Shown here one piece after another: positions 33,796 to 47,000 of a DNA stretch of 64,000 bases. The notes beneath the pieces are model-generated. The model ran no database searches. It saw nothing but the letters and a program-made list of their open reading frames with translations, and had not been told where the DNA came from. Source of the DNA: Eledone cirrhosa (lineage: Eukaryota). Location: NCBI GenBank assembly GCA_964016885.1, contig OZ024755.1, positions 9,362,001-9,426,000 on the forward strand, in the 5' to 3' direction. Numbering within the stretch: position 1 is the first letter of the stretch; every line of letters starts with the position of its first letter. The translations under genes and the position numbers were made by a program.

Positions 33796-36279
33796 CGTTT
33801 TAAATATTCTATTAACATATAATGAATGTTTGGACGAGGCAAACAAACATTTCCACTTTTCTCTGCTGACCTCCATCTTTTAGAAGTTTACTCACCCGAG
33901 ATGGTCTGTATCCTTTTAATGCCGAGTGGGAAATTTCTCTAAAGAATGGTAAATTGGACAGTTCGTCTAATGTCGGGTATTGTGCAGATTTGTTATTAAA
34001 AATAAACTCCAGAACCTGAATAAATAAATGAAATGTAAATAAATGAAAATATTCATTAGATTTTCGGTTATTTATCGATTTATTGACGATTTATTCGGCT
34101 CTAAGCTCGGGAGTCGAACATCCTAAACATTAAGCAACGTGTCATTAAAATATAATCTAAAGGTAACGTACGTTTGTTACAGTTGGGTACACACAACAAG
34201 CCATTTCATCTGGTCTGGGATGGGCTTCTTCCAGTTCCATACCAGTGGACATCTCAAATAAAAGATGACCTATTAATAAATGATAGAAGTTTGATTAATT
34301 ATCAGACATTTTAGACGTTATTAATATGAAATGTGATATAGAAATATATATTGACTGAGCTTTCTATAGTACCAGTAATACATTGGAGTCGATTTAATCG
34401 ACTTCCCTTTCCCCAAACAATTGTTGGTCTTGTGCCTAAATCAGACACAATTATAGTTAGCATAACTTACCAAAGGTCAACATTGACAGTGAATAATCCG
34501 GTGCATCTGTTAGTTTTCTTCGTAGAAGAGGTGATAGCAGGTAACGTTTTTGAAAGAAGATGTTTTCAATATCAGTCAGCCTTTAGAAAAGATACATAGA
34601 AACGAAATAAATAAGTTTTCCACTCTAGAGTCGTCAGATTTGTGAAGATTCATTAACGCACACGTACACCAGACCTGTCAACTCTCCCCGTCCGACGGGG
34701 AGATCGCCCATCCACTTTGGGGTGGATGAGAGATGTCTTCTCTTGGGTATTGTTTTCATTATATAAAACTCCCCATTTTGCCTCATTTCTCCCCGTCTGG
34801 GGACATTTTTTTCATGTTACTCCTCGTTTGTACTTTTAGAATTTGACAGATCTGGTACGCATGCGCACACACACACATTCGTCACAAACAATCTGGTATT
34901 ACCGACTTAGCGAGGTTGCTGGTAATATAAGTGTTTACAGTTTGAGCACAGGAATAGCCGATTTTTACAGATTTCCTATTGAAATAGGAAATTATTTTAT
35001 TTGGGAGAATGTAGCGCATTCCTTGCAGAAAGGGGTACACGTTGTAGGGGTAGTCTATGGCTCTAAATAGCCAGGATTCGGCTCTGGAACCAGATATGAT
35101 AAAACAGGAGAGGGCGAGGGAGAGAAATATGTTAGTTACCTGCATATACCATTGAATAAGATAACATTTCCTGAATGTAAATGACTGAACACTGGAAGTT
35201 TCTTCTGTTGTAGATGAAGTAATGCCTAAAACAATATACAGTGAACCACATTCAATGTTTTCTTTATGTACACGAAATATGAACAGACCTTCAACACTCA
35301 ATTTTTTAATTTTAATTGTAATATCTAATATTTGATAAGGTGGATTACATTGAAACAGGTAATATTTTATGTATTTTATGTGGATTTATGTATGTGTACG
35401 TGTATTTAAATAAGCATTGATATATGTATATATGCATTAATGTTAGATATATACTGGAGCGTATATACTAAATAACCTGTAAAAATATATAAATGTTTAA
35501 TGAGTATACCTTGAGTATTTGACTAGAGTATGTCTGTATTTGTCCTAGAGGTAGAGGTTGTCCATTGTCGGTGTATTTGTCATGATGATTGTCCAAACAA
35601 CGAGACTGAAATAAACAGGAAAAATAATACGACTTTTAATCAAAGCAAATATATATGCCCAAAACAGTGAAAGATGTTTCTCGAATCAATGAATTTAGTA
35701 CCTGTAATATGCTAGGGTAGGCGGCGAATTGGCAGAGACGTTGGAACGTCGGATAGAATTCTTAATGGTATTCGTTCCGGCTCTCTGAGATCATATCCTG
35801 CCGATGTAAACTTTGCCTTTCATCCTTTCGAGATCGATAAAAAAAGTACCAGTCTAACTTATTTTCTAAATTTTCTACAAAATATGGTCTCATATTCCCC
35901 AAAAATACGGTAGTTAACGTCTTACCTGGTATATCTCGTCTTTTAAAGAACCCGAAGGACTGAAAGGGCGCGAAACCACAATAACATCATCTTCTAATAG
36001 AAACTCTATATGGATAACTGGCATGATGAATGGGTGCTGTTGAAAAGAAAAAAAAAGGAAAATTTAGTTTAAAAGATTAGAAATTTGGCAAACCTCAACG
36101 AATGGGCGCCAAGTTTTGATTAAATTGTGCGAATATTTTTCATATCAATTAAAACATTTTCTAAACATTCTAATTGACTTTTCAAATTCTGCTCACCATC
36201 TTCTAAACATACATGCTTTCTTTGTTTACTTATCGCTATTATGTTATAACTTCTAAAATTCCTCACGTCACATTCTTAC

Positions 36280-36313
<34 letters not shown>

Positions 36314-39300
36314 TATAGATAGATAGATAGAGAGAGAGAGAGCGAGAGAGAGCTAGAGAGCGAGAGAGAGAGCGCGAGAGAGAGAGCGAACGAGAGAGAG
36401 AGAGCGAACGAGAGAGAGAGAGCGAACGAGAGAGAGAGAGCGAACGAGAGAGAGCGAACGAGCGAGGTGTGTGTGAATGTCGTCATTACATTAACACACT
36501 GTATCAGAAAATTAGAACATACTCACCTTAATATATTCATCAAATATCCGCAAATTTCTTTTGCTTTCGTTAGAAAATTGTAATGGCATCTTTGCATCAT
36601 ATCTTATGGCTGTCAGCAAAGTTTTGCGCCCAATTAAACTATCGTGAACTAAGAACCAATATTTGTCATCACGTCGACCTGGAAGAGACAGGAGAATGTG
36701 TTTACATAAACAGTATTTTAGCTAAACTTCCTGTGTAACCATTCAAACATACACATTTCTGCATATATGGACAGAGAGGAGACTGAGTGCGGACATGGGA
36801 GTGATCTTCGGTTTAAATCATCCAAAGACCGTGTGGTGATGTTCAATTAGTTGGTGTGTTAGGCCTAGTACTCACTTTCGTAGGAATTAGAGATCGTTTA
36901 TTGTTAAAACGTTTGTGATACAATCAATTATATTGTGGAAGCGTCATTTAGTCATTTTTTATAACTTCCTTTGATAGTTATTATATATTTCTTGATGTCG
37001 AAATTTCCCTTGTACTGTTTGCAATGGAACTGTGTCAGTGACCAGGTCGCAGAGAGTGCGACGGAAGTACATTACTGGTACTTTATTTTATCGACCCCGT
37101 AAGGATGAAAGGCAAAGTTAACCTCGGCGGGATTTGAACTCAAGCTGTAAAGGGACGTAACTATGCTAGAAAACATGGCGTCCAACCCTCTACCGATACT
37201 GCCAATTTATCAAGAAATATATAATAAATGTAAAGTAGGGTTAACAGTTCTTGTTTGTTTTTGAATTGCTAAAATAACTCTTGCACGATGTAATTGATTT
37301 AGTTTCAACATATCTCAGATCAAGTCACTTGCCAGACATATACATCTGTGGATAAAATTACTATTTCACGGTGTAATTGGTTTAATTTCAACACACATTC
37401 TCAGATCAAGTCATTTGCCAGACATATACAACTGTGGTTAAAATGACGCTTTCACGATGTAATTACTTTACTTTTAAGGCACTGTCTCAGATCAAGTCAT
37501 CTGCCAGATAAGTGAAAGGTAACGCACAACGCACCTATATCATCTAGTTGTTGGACATCGCTGTAATGATCAACATTTCGAAGGTAGAATTGGCACGACA
37601 TTAACGTACGTTCTGAAAATAGAGAAAAATAAAATCAATATAATAGAAGTCATAAAAGTTTTCTGTGGATTTTTTTTTATTTATTTTGTTTTGTGTTAAA
37701 CTTAGAATGGTATCGATCTACGCTTACCTTTTGAAGATTTTTCTTGTTTCTGTTGATCTATCCAAAGTTTTTCAGGAAGTGGCATTTGGTTTTCTATTTG
37801 AGAATAACCGTCTTTGTGTCGCTTACGTTTCGATTTGTATTTCCTGATGCAAACAAATTGACAAAAGAAGAGGTTTAATAAAACACAATTTGTTTTTGAG
37901 CTAATGAAAGATTGACTACGGCCGACTTAATAGAGCAAAGGGTTATTGCAGTTTAACTAGGGAAACAGTTAATTAGCTCTGTGGGAAAAGAGTTACAACT
38001 GTCTGTTTGATAAACAAATATGTATCTACAACCATACTGTAAGAATTAATGTGGTGTGGTAAATAAATATATACATATACACAATGGAACCAATCTCCCA
38101 CTGTTACTGCCTCCGTCCCTCTCGCTTGCTACATCTCTCATTATTATAAGAAAATGGGGGGCTATACGCCGGCGGACAGAATAGAGAAGGCGTTTTCCCG
38201 GAGGATGGCGTGAGAGACGCGTTGGGAGAGCCATTCCAGCTCGCGATGAAAGTTGTTAATGTGTTGGGCTCGTGATCATATGGTTGTGGATCAATCCCAG
38301 GACTGGACAACGTGTTATGTTCTTAAGCAAGATACTTTAAATCAAGTGATTAAGTATAAAATGTCTGATTTCGGACTTAGCCTAATAAAAATGTTTCATA
38401 TTTCTTCAACTTAATTTTTAATCAGAGCACCAAAATAATACACATATATTTCTAGGATGCATTCATTGCACTCTGAGATATTTACTAAATCTAAAGTACT
38501 TACCATATACACCAGACAATACATAGGCCCAGTATTACCAGAACACATATTGCTGTCACCATAAACAACTGAAAAGACACATATGTAAGTGTTGTTAATA
38601 TTATTGAACAGTAAGACTTATCAAAACAAATCTGTGCACTTCCTTTATTAAACCAAATAATTTTGCGACAGCTAATCCTGTTAATGGATAGCGGGAGATT
38701 AGTGGTGTAGTTAATCTTAACGTTATAACCCCTTGCTGATTCAGCATGACTATAGCAGCTCCGTAGAATTTTCTTTTCTTTGGCGCTAGATTAGAAAATA
38801 TTTTACCAATTAAGAATTGATTGAGAACCCAAGACCTCTATTAGTAAAAAGAACCCCCCAAAAATAAGGTAGCAATAATAACAACAATAATTCTTTCTAA
38901 CATTGACACAACGGCAGTAATTTTTAGGGAGGGAGACTGGTACTTTATTTTATCGACCCTGGAAGGATGAAAATCAAAACAGGCCTCGGCAGGATTTGAA
39001 CTCTGAATGTGAAGAACCGTAATAAATATCGGAACAACATTTTATCGGGCGCTCTACCGATTCTGTCAATCCAACAACCCAAACAATGATAATAATTATT
39101 ATTTCTACTTTAGGTACAAGGCCAGCAATTTGAAGGGCTGGGGGAAGTCCATTAAATTGACCCCAATGCATTACTGGTGCTTTATTTTATCGATCCCATG
39201 AAGATGAACAGCAAAGCTTAACCTTGGCAGGATTTGAGTTTAGCTTTGATAATGATAATAATAATATTAATGATAATAATTGCTTCTAACATTTATTTTA

Positions 39301-39363
39301 TAATAATGATAATTTAAAATTACTTACTGTCCAATTCATATTAAACCATTCCAGTACATCCAT
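31197..39363 (-). CDS. Slob: Slowpoke-binding protein (Slob)/PXK-family pseudokinase with N-terminal TM helix, polyproline region and C-terminal WH2, 13 coding exons, ~531 aa
   Basis: Exons: 39328-39363, 38504-38568, 37728-37843, 37535-37612, 36527-36678, 35926-36036, 35510-35605, 35140-35225, 34471-34580, 34172-34269, 33896-34015, 32123-32184, 31197-31662 (1596 nt, GT-AG, phases consistent). Motifs [45 protein letters not shown] and FGHLLFEM resemble PXK/Slob. The C-terminus [28 protein letters not shown] is a WH2 motif. The start codon is inferred. Confidence 0.8.
31774..31823 (+). ncRNA. minimal type I hammerhead ribozyme-like cassette in the last Slob intron (antisense to the gene)
   Basis: GACTT-CTGATGA-GAT-ttt-ATC-cc-GAAA-AT-TA-AGGTC. 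Stem I is GACTT/AGGTC, stem III is a palindromic AATT, the cleavage triplet is UUA, and AATAAA follows at 31818. Confidence 0.55.
34669..34854. mobile_element. MITE with CCAGA.CTGTCAA terminal inverted repeats
   Basis: CCAGACCTGTCAA...TTGACAGATCTGG with internal TCTCCCCGTC repeats and hairpins. Confidence 0.55.
37284..37510. repeat. three ~83-bp tandem copies containing TCTCAGATCAAGTCA.TTGCCAGA
   Basis: Direct repeats next to the donor of Slob exon 37535-37612. Confidence 0.8.
38162..38248 (-). mobile_element. second CRE-clade 3' fragment
   Basis: [28 protein letters not shown], homologous to 22620-22711. Confidence 0.6.
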
Positions 39364-39523
39364 TGGTAATTTTTCATGAATTTATAATGAATCCTTTCGT
39401 AAACACAGGTAAAACTGAATACAAATATAGGTAGAAAAATAATATGTTAATGTTTAGTAAAGGCGCGAATGATTATGTTGTTTCCGATACAGGTAAGGTA
39501 AATATTATAGATGTTGTTTAGAG

Positions 39524-39757
39524 CAGAGGTCTCAAACTCAAGAAATGAAAAGGGCCGTTACATCCTGGGGGAGATGTACAGTGGGTCAAAATTGAGAATA
39601 GTAGCCGAAGGGACAGTGGGGACATGATTTCTTCCAGGTATAATGCTAATCTGCAATACAGTTGATTGGTTACTATTTATTATTATTTTTTTGATAAAAA
39701 ATGTTCTACCGCGGGCCGTAGAAAAGTAGTTTGTGGGCCGCGTGTTTGAAACCCCTG
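39524..39757. mobile_element. hAT-like MITE
   Basis: TIRs CAGAGGTCTCAAAC / GTTTGAAACCCCTG with subterminal GCGGGCCG motifs. Confidence 0.65.
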
Positions 39758-41496
39758 GTAAAGATGTAAGGCTGTTGCTTCCTATGTAAGCAAGGTAGAT
39801 GTTACAGATATAGTCTAAACGTATAACTGTGTTATTATCAATGAAGGTAAGATAGATGTTGAAGTATATAGATGTATAGCTGTGTTGTTATTATTAGGGC
39901 AGGTAATATAAATGTTATAATTGTAGCTTCCAGTACAAGAAAGGTAGGTATTGTAGATATTATATCGACATGTAGATGTTGTTTCTAAGGCAGGTATAAG
40001 ATGCTACAGATAGAGTATAGATATAGTATAGTATAAATATAGGATATGCATATAATTGTGTATAGATATTATATATAGAGTATACATATTATAAATAGTA
40101 TAGATAGAATGTAGATAGACTATAGATATATGGTAAACATAGGATAGGCATATAATTGTATTGTTTCCAAGGAAGATAAGGTAGCTGTCTGCAAAGAGAA
40201 TTCGTCCATGGGGGTGTGTGTGTGTGAACAGAGAGAAAGAGTAAGAAATATATATATATATATATATACAGGCAGGGAGGGAGAGAGAGATAGATAGATA
40301 AAACACAACTAATATACCAAATATGATGTGGATTGATGTGTTCAGGCCATCACGTAAGTTTAATCCAGACGAACGAATAAATAAAGATGATGACTGGGTT
40401 AGTAGAGGAACGAATTGAGGAGGGGGAGTAGCAGAGATTAGATGCAGAGGAAAGAGACTGTGTGTGAGCCAGTGAGAGAAAGAAAGAGAGGGCGGTAGAT
40501 AGAGAGAGCAGTGACAAAGAGATATGTATACAAAAGCGAGGAGGGAGAGGAGTAAAAGAGAGTGAGTGAGAAAGGGACAAACAGACAGATAGAGTGAGGG
40601 GGGGGGGGGAGATAGGTAGGCAGCTAGATAGATAAATAGATAGACAGGCTGACTGACAGACAGGCAAGTAGATAAATAGAGGGAGTGAGGCGGAAAAAGA
40701 TAGGAGGAGTAGATTATTGTTCTGGCGCTAGTGAACAGGTAGATAAGTGGTTTGAAAGACTAGATTTAGTGTAATCCCTTTTGATTGTAAGTGGTGGTGG
40801 TGATGGTGGCGGCAGCGGTGGTGTTGGTGGTGATGAAAGAGAAGAAGGAGAAGGGGAGGAGAAGGAGAATGAATGAAAGAAAGAAAGAGCAACAGGTAGT
40901 TAACAGTGACGAAAGGGTTAACCCAAATTGTAAGACAGAATCAGCGTCCTACATCATGTGACAAGGCTTCATCTTTGACTAATATATATATGAGAGAGAG
41001 AGAATGATGGTTGGGCTGTTGAAAAATGAGTGAGCGAATAATATATTTAAAAACAACAACGAAGAGCTCGTGATTTTAATAACATATATGACATCACTGA
41101 GGTGAAAGCCTTTAATCTAACTATTGTCATTTGCCGGAGGTGAGGGTGAGATAAAACAATAGAGAAGAGAGGGCTGAACTTTCATTTGCACTTATTTCAG
41201 TGTTAAAACATTTTTTTAAATAACTGGGTGTTGTAAATATTGAAGTAGGAAAGTCGGATAGGACAGGTAAAAACGAATGAAAAATAGAGAAGGAAAAAGA
41301 AGTAAAACTATAGTTTGGGTCTTTGGTCATATTTATTATTCCCGATATATTCCTTCTCTCCATTCTTACCCCTCTTTTTCGATTTCGTTACCTCAATATT
41401 TACAATGTCGCCTGCATTTTAACGGATTTCTAAACATCATAATTTGACATCGTTAACGTAGATTTAGCAGGCGGAGCTGCCCACGTCTATTGCAGC

Positions 41497-41772
41497 CTCA
41501 CTGGTGGCAGACGCGACCGATATAGAACTGAACTACCCGGCAAAAAACTCGCTGTTGGCTGACGAGACCGATATGGAACCGACATACCCAGTAATAGGCT
41601 CGCTGGGGATAACCGATTTAGAACCGGCATAGTTAGCAATAGGTTCAATGCTGGCTGGCGAGACCAATATAAAACCCGGCAACAGGCTTGCTGGTGGCTG
41701 GTGAGACCGATATAAAACCAGGCAACAGGTTCGCTGGTGGCTGGCGGGACCAGTATAAAAACGGCATACCTA
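41497..41772. repeat. GC-richer diverged tandem repeat, units of 43-51 bp, ~6 copies
   Basis: GACCGATAT-like anchors at 41515, 41566, 41611, 41662, 41705 and 41748. Confidence 0.8.
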
Positions 41773-42466
41773 CTATTACAAGGAAAATTATATTCTGAGC
41801 TTAGAGTTGCTCTACTAGGTTTCTTCCTCTGGTTCCTTTTGCCCTCAATGTGAGCTTTCTCGAAGGAGGAAATAGACTAGCGGATAGTGTGTCGTCAGGT
41901 CACGTGGCCAGAGACCACTAGCGATAATCAATGTGACACATTTGAAGAGGTTTCTCCAGAGTGCTTTTGTATCATTTTTTTTTCCTGCTCCTCAGCTACG
42001 ATGATTAATGGAGAGTTTCCTATACAGTAGGGAATGATTCTCCACCCGGAAAACATGTTCCACCCCACGCAGCTACGTCTTTTGTACTGTTAGAAGCCCG
42101 TTCGATGAACTGTACCTTTAATTCAAAGGGTTGCACTGCGTTATACTGAATCTTCCTGAGAACTACGTCAGGTATACATGCTTACTTGGTATTTTGAGTT
42201 GCAGTGTCAATTTCAGTCCTTTGAAGGTTGTATCCGTGTAATAACCGATCGATATATGTGTGTGGTATGTGTATGGAGAGAGAGAGAGAGGGGGATGTTC
42301 ATTGGAAGATTCGTGAAATTTTTTGATGCAAAATATTCGTCAGAGAGCTGTGTATTCCTATATATATGTGTGTGTGTGTCTGTGAGTGTGTGCGTAAAGA
42401 GTCAATTTGCGTGTATGTATATGTGTGTGTATATATGTATATATATAGAAGAGAGAGAGAGAGACA

Positions 42467-42511
<45 letters not shown>

Positions 42512-43424
42512 GCATACATACAAAGAGAGAGAGTGTGTGTGTGTGTTTAAGTGGATGTGTTTGTCTATGTGGGTGTGGGTGTTTTGGTGGTGTTTAAAAC
42601 ATGTAGGTTGTTATGACCTCGTTGGGGGTCTTAGTTCATGTCAGTTGTACATGTCTGAGTGAAGTCGTTTAAGTTCCGTGTGAACACAGCCTCTGGGCAA
42701 AATATTACGAAAATGTGAAGGGTGGTATTATCTACATAAGAGTATGTGTATGGCTGAAGATAGCCAAGACCTATTTAGTAGTAAGTCATCAACAATCAAA
42801 GGCATTCCAACCTAGATCATGTTGTTGGTGGTGGTGGCTGTGATGGTGGTTGTGATGGTGGTGGTGGTGGTGGTGGTTGTGATGGTGGTAGCGGTGATGG
42901 TGGTGCTACTGCTGCGGCTTCTTGTGCTGGTGGTCCTCCGTCGATTCCGATGGTGTATGCTCTAACAGAACGGCCTACTTGTGAAATTAAAGTGCATGTG
43001 ATTGAGAATTCCACAGCACGTGTACCCATAACGTAATTCCCCGCTAGATTCAGCGTGACAAAGCCTGTGATAAAGCTGGTCTTTTAAATCAGACTAACAA
43101 CTCAAATTTTCCTACTGAGCGACCTGGAGTAACGTAAAGTAAAGTGTCTTGCTCAAGGACACAACGTGCTGCCAAAAGTCAAACTCATGATCTTGCGATC
43201 GTAAGCCGAACACCCTAACCACTAAACCACGTATCTTCACAGCCAAGATCATGCTTTCTTTTCAAAAGGGATCTAAGCGGGAAATTGGAAGAGTCGTTAG
43301 AGCGTCGGATAGAATGTCTTGCGGTATTTCTTCCTGTTTACTATGGGTTCGAACCACGCCGAGGCCAACTTTGTATTTCATCCTTTCGGGGTCGATAAAT
43401 AAAGTAACAGAATAAGAGCCTAGT

Positions 43425-43608
43425 ACTAGCCCGCAGGGAAGCAAACGGAGAGGGCGACCCAAAATGAACTGGCGCCCGACAGTTGAGAGGGACCTGCGAG
43501 CGACAAACAGACAATGGCGGGACGCTGTACAACTGGCTGCTGACCGAATGCGATGGAACACCATGATTGCCTCATGCGTCGCAAGACGCGGGAGCTTCTG
43601 AGTCTGAG
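43425..43608 (+). mobile_element. RTE LINE extreme 3' fragment
   Basis: PQGSKRRGRPKMNWRPTVERDLRA..LAADRMRW. Confidence 0.7.
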
Positions 43609-43623
43609 ACTAGGGCGGGTTCC

Positions 43624-43684
<61 letters not shown>

Positions 43685-43762
43685 CAGGCTATGTGAATGG
43701 GCCAAGAAATCAGATTTCACATCATGACCTCAATAATCTCTTCACTACCAAACTGTGACCAC

Positions 43763-43794
<32 letters not shown>

Positions 43795-43996
43795 AGGAAG
43801 GAAAGAAAGAAAGAAAGAGAGAAAGAAGGAAAGAAAGAAAGGTATCTAAGACTATGTGATCTAATGTAGTAATAACAACGACAGTGATGATGATGATGTT
43901 CGTGAGCCGAACACCTTCACAATTCACGAAGTAAAGCTTGCTCGACTCAATCTGTTGCACCCATTCACCTTTTAGGAATTAGTAAATTAGAGTGAT

Positions 43997-44017
43997 CTCC
44001 CTTTTTTAAAAATGGCG
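43997..44017 (+). promoter_or_regulatory. pyrimidine-rich initiator-like run plus YY1-like AAAATGGCG overlapping the DALRD3 start codon
   Basis: CTCCCTTTTTT-AAAAATGGCG, an arrangement typical of housekeeping genes with short 5'UTRs. Confidence 0.35.
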
Positions 44018-47000
44018 CAGCCCATGCACGAGAATTCCGCCGCTGTTTGGAACCAAGTTTTAATGCTTCTATTGGAACATTCACAATTAGAAAATAGTGG
44101 AGACACTTTAAAAAACAATACAGTTATATATCGTAGGAGCAAACGGCTTCGAAATGGTGATGCTATCATCCCACGGGGTCGCTTATGTGAAATATCTACG
44201 GAGGTAAAATTACGTTGATATCATATTTACAATGTTTACAGTTTGTATTACGTCGATATATGTTACTATGTGGCATATAATAACATGAATTGTATCGCAT
44301 ATAATAGGTGACATATAGGTAAGAATTAATCTGCTGGATTTTGTTGTTGGTGATGGTAATTATTGTAGTGTCTTCCCACCACGTGTGTAGTTGAGTAAAC
44401 ACTACTTCTCGAGGCTGTTTGTTTTTAATAGATAGTCTTTATTGACTTGTTTTTATTTTTCTAAATCATATTTATTATATAAATTGTAATTTGAAATGTA
44501 GTCGTCCCAACTTAGTTAACTATAATAATTGTCAACTCGGATAAAGTACCCCGGACGGAAAAAATGGACACACCTCAGACCATTTTTTTCCTTTTTCAGG
44601 GGATATTTTATTAGATAATATCATAAAATTATTACTCATTAATGGGTAGGTAGAATAAGTATTATAGTTTCTTCATCTTCACCCACTTATTCCGAGATGG
44701 TCGTGGAGGAAGAGTCCTCAAACACACCTTCCAGCGTATCATTTGAGAAGAAACGATTTCCAACTGATTGGTACTTATATAATAATAATAATAAAATTAT
44801 TGTGTAAAGCGCTCAGGTGCACTAAAACTCGTCATCTTCGCCCCCTTGCACATTTCTTGCCAAAATTAATCAATATCTCTCAGAAACGTATTATTTAGGA
44901 TAGTTTAGTTAAAGAAAAAAGGTATTTAATATAGTTATTAATAATTATTGATATTTAGGATTTATACAAATGATAAAAATACTATGGAGATTTGTCCAAG
45001 AATTTCTTGCTAATGTATTTTCTTTTGGGACAGGGTGTTAAAAGTTAATACTACCAACGAGATATTGGGTATTCTTAGTAAAGGCCACTCTCCTACAAGC
45101 ATTTGGGTGAGATTCCTAGTATGGGGATAATTCAATACATTGTTGAGTTGTTTCTTACTGCAGTAACCTATGATTCATCAGTTCTCCTCCACCTCAAAGA
45201 TAGGGTGTACCTATTCTAAACCAAACACACACAATATAAATAACATTTTAAAATTCCTAATTATGGAAATTGATTTCTTGCAGACATGGCAGCATATATA
45301 CTCTGAGATTGAGTCCAGAAGCAAAACCTGGTCAATTCCTGTGTCTTGTGGTCAACCTACCAATGAAGCTGTGGCAGTATTTCACCTTCAACGGCCCCGT
45401 GCCTTTCAACATATTTTAAATTCTGTTCAGACACAAGGTGACCAATATGGACACATATCAAATAGGAACTACAACATACTTATCAACAGTAGCCACATTA
45501 ACACACACCAGAACAAAGCTCCTGATCACCTTCAATATGTTCGAGAAATTATTTTATTAGATCACATCATGAAATTGTTAATCATTAATGGGTAGGTACA
45601 ATACTTAAGTAAAAGTTATAGCGCAACTAATCAGAGAGCAAATTGATCTAGACGAAATGCAGTTTGGGTTTGTGTCAGGTAAAAGTACCACAGACGCTCT
45701 TTTCCTTGTACGACAACTACAGGAGAAGTACCTAGCTAAAAGTAAACACCTATACTTAGCTTTTGTTGACTTGGAGAAAGCATTTGACAGAGTCCCCACG
45801 CCATTATCTGGGGTTGATGAATGGCTTGTGAGAGCTATACAAGCCATGTATAAAGAAACAGCGAATATAGTGAAGAATTTAGCGTAAAAGTTGGTGTTCA
45901 TCAGGGCTCTGTCCTTAGCCCTCTCCTATTTATTATTGCCCTTCAGGCTATGACAGAGGAGTTCAAGACCGGCTGCTCATGGGAACTTCTATATGCAGAT
46001 GATCTAACGCTCATAGCTGAATCGATGGATGAACTAGAGAAGAAATTCCAAACATGGAAGCATGGCCTAGAATCAAAAGGCCTTAGTCTAAGACTAAAGT
46101 ATGTAGGAAGGAAAATAGGGCACAGGTCCCCTCTGGGAAATGGCCATGCTCAGTGTGTAGGAAAGGAGTAGGCAGAAATTCCATTTTATGTCCCAAATGC
46201 AAAGTATGGGTGCATAAAAGATGTAGTGGGATAACAAGTAAGCTATCTAAGAACGTAGATTTTATATGTGGCCAGTGCTCAGGTGCAATAAGTTGCAAGC
46301 GCCCACAGGATACTAGCTCCTTCTATTGCCCAGATGGCTCTATAGAAATAGTGTACACCTTCAGTTATCTGGGTGACAAAATCAGCAGTGGTGGAGGGTG
46401 CTCAGAAAGTACAGTAGCTAGAGTCAGAACTGGATGGAAAAAGTTCAGAAAGCTTATACCACTATTAGGCTGCTAAAGGTTTCTCTCTAAAAATAAAAGG
46501 CAGACAGTATGAAGCCTGCATACGAACAGCTATGTTACATGGCAGTGAGACCTGGGCATTGTGTGCAGAGGATCTGTGCAGACTGGAGAGGAACGAAGCA
46601 TGCATGCTCTGCTGGATGTGTAATAGTAATATACGTTAACAGCAAAGCATAAATGAACTAAGTGAGAAATTAGGTATAAGCGGGATCAGATGCTGTTTAC
46701 TCGAGAGAAGACTACGTTGGTATGGTCTCGTGATGCGCATGAAAGACGACAGCTGTATCAAAAATGGCAGGGCGATCAAAATAGACAGAAGTTACGAAGT
46801 AGGCAGACCCAGAAAAACCTGCAACGATTTGATAAATTCCAACCTTAAACACTTACACCTCTCTAACACAATGTCACTGGACCGAGATCTTTGGTGCTAT
46901 GCAGTAATACAGAAAACCCGCCTTGCCTAAGTACAAAGCAAAACCTACAGTCAATAGGCACCTCTTAATCAACTATACACCCCCCTCCTACTACCCCAAC

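Noticed and set aside
34606-34642. Minus-strand CTGACGA..GAAA hammerhead-like motif
   Set aside because: Stem I and II registers do not fit, so chance cannot be excluded.
41497-41772. CRISPR-like repeat spacing (also 37284-37510 and 59660-59877)
   Set aside because: Eukaryotic context, the inter-repeat segments are homologous rather than unique spacers, and there are no cas genes.
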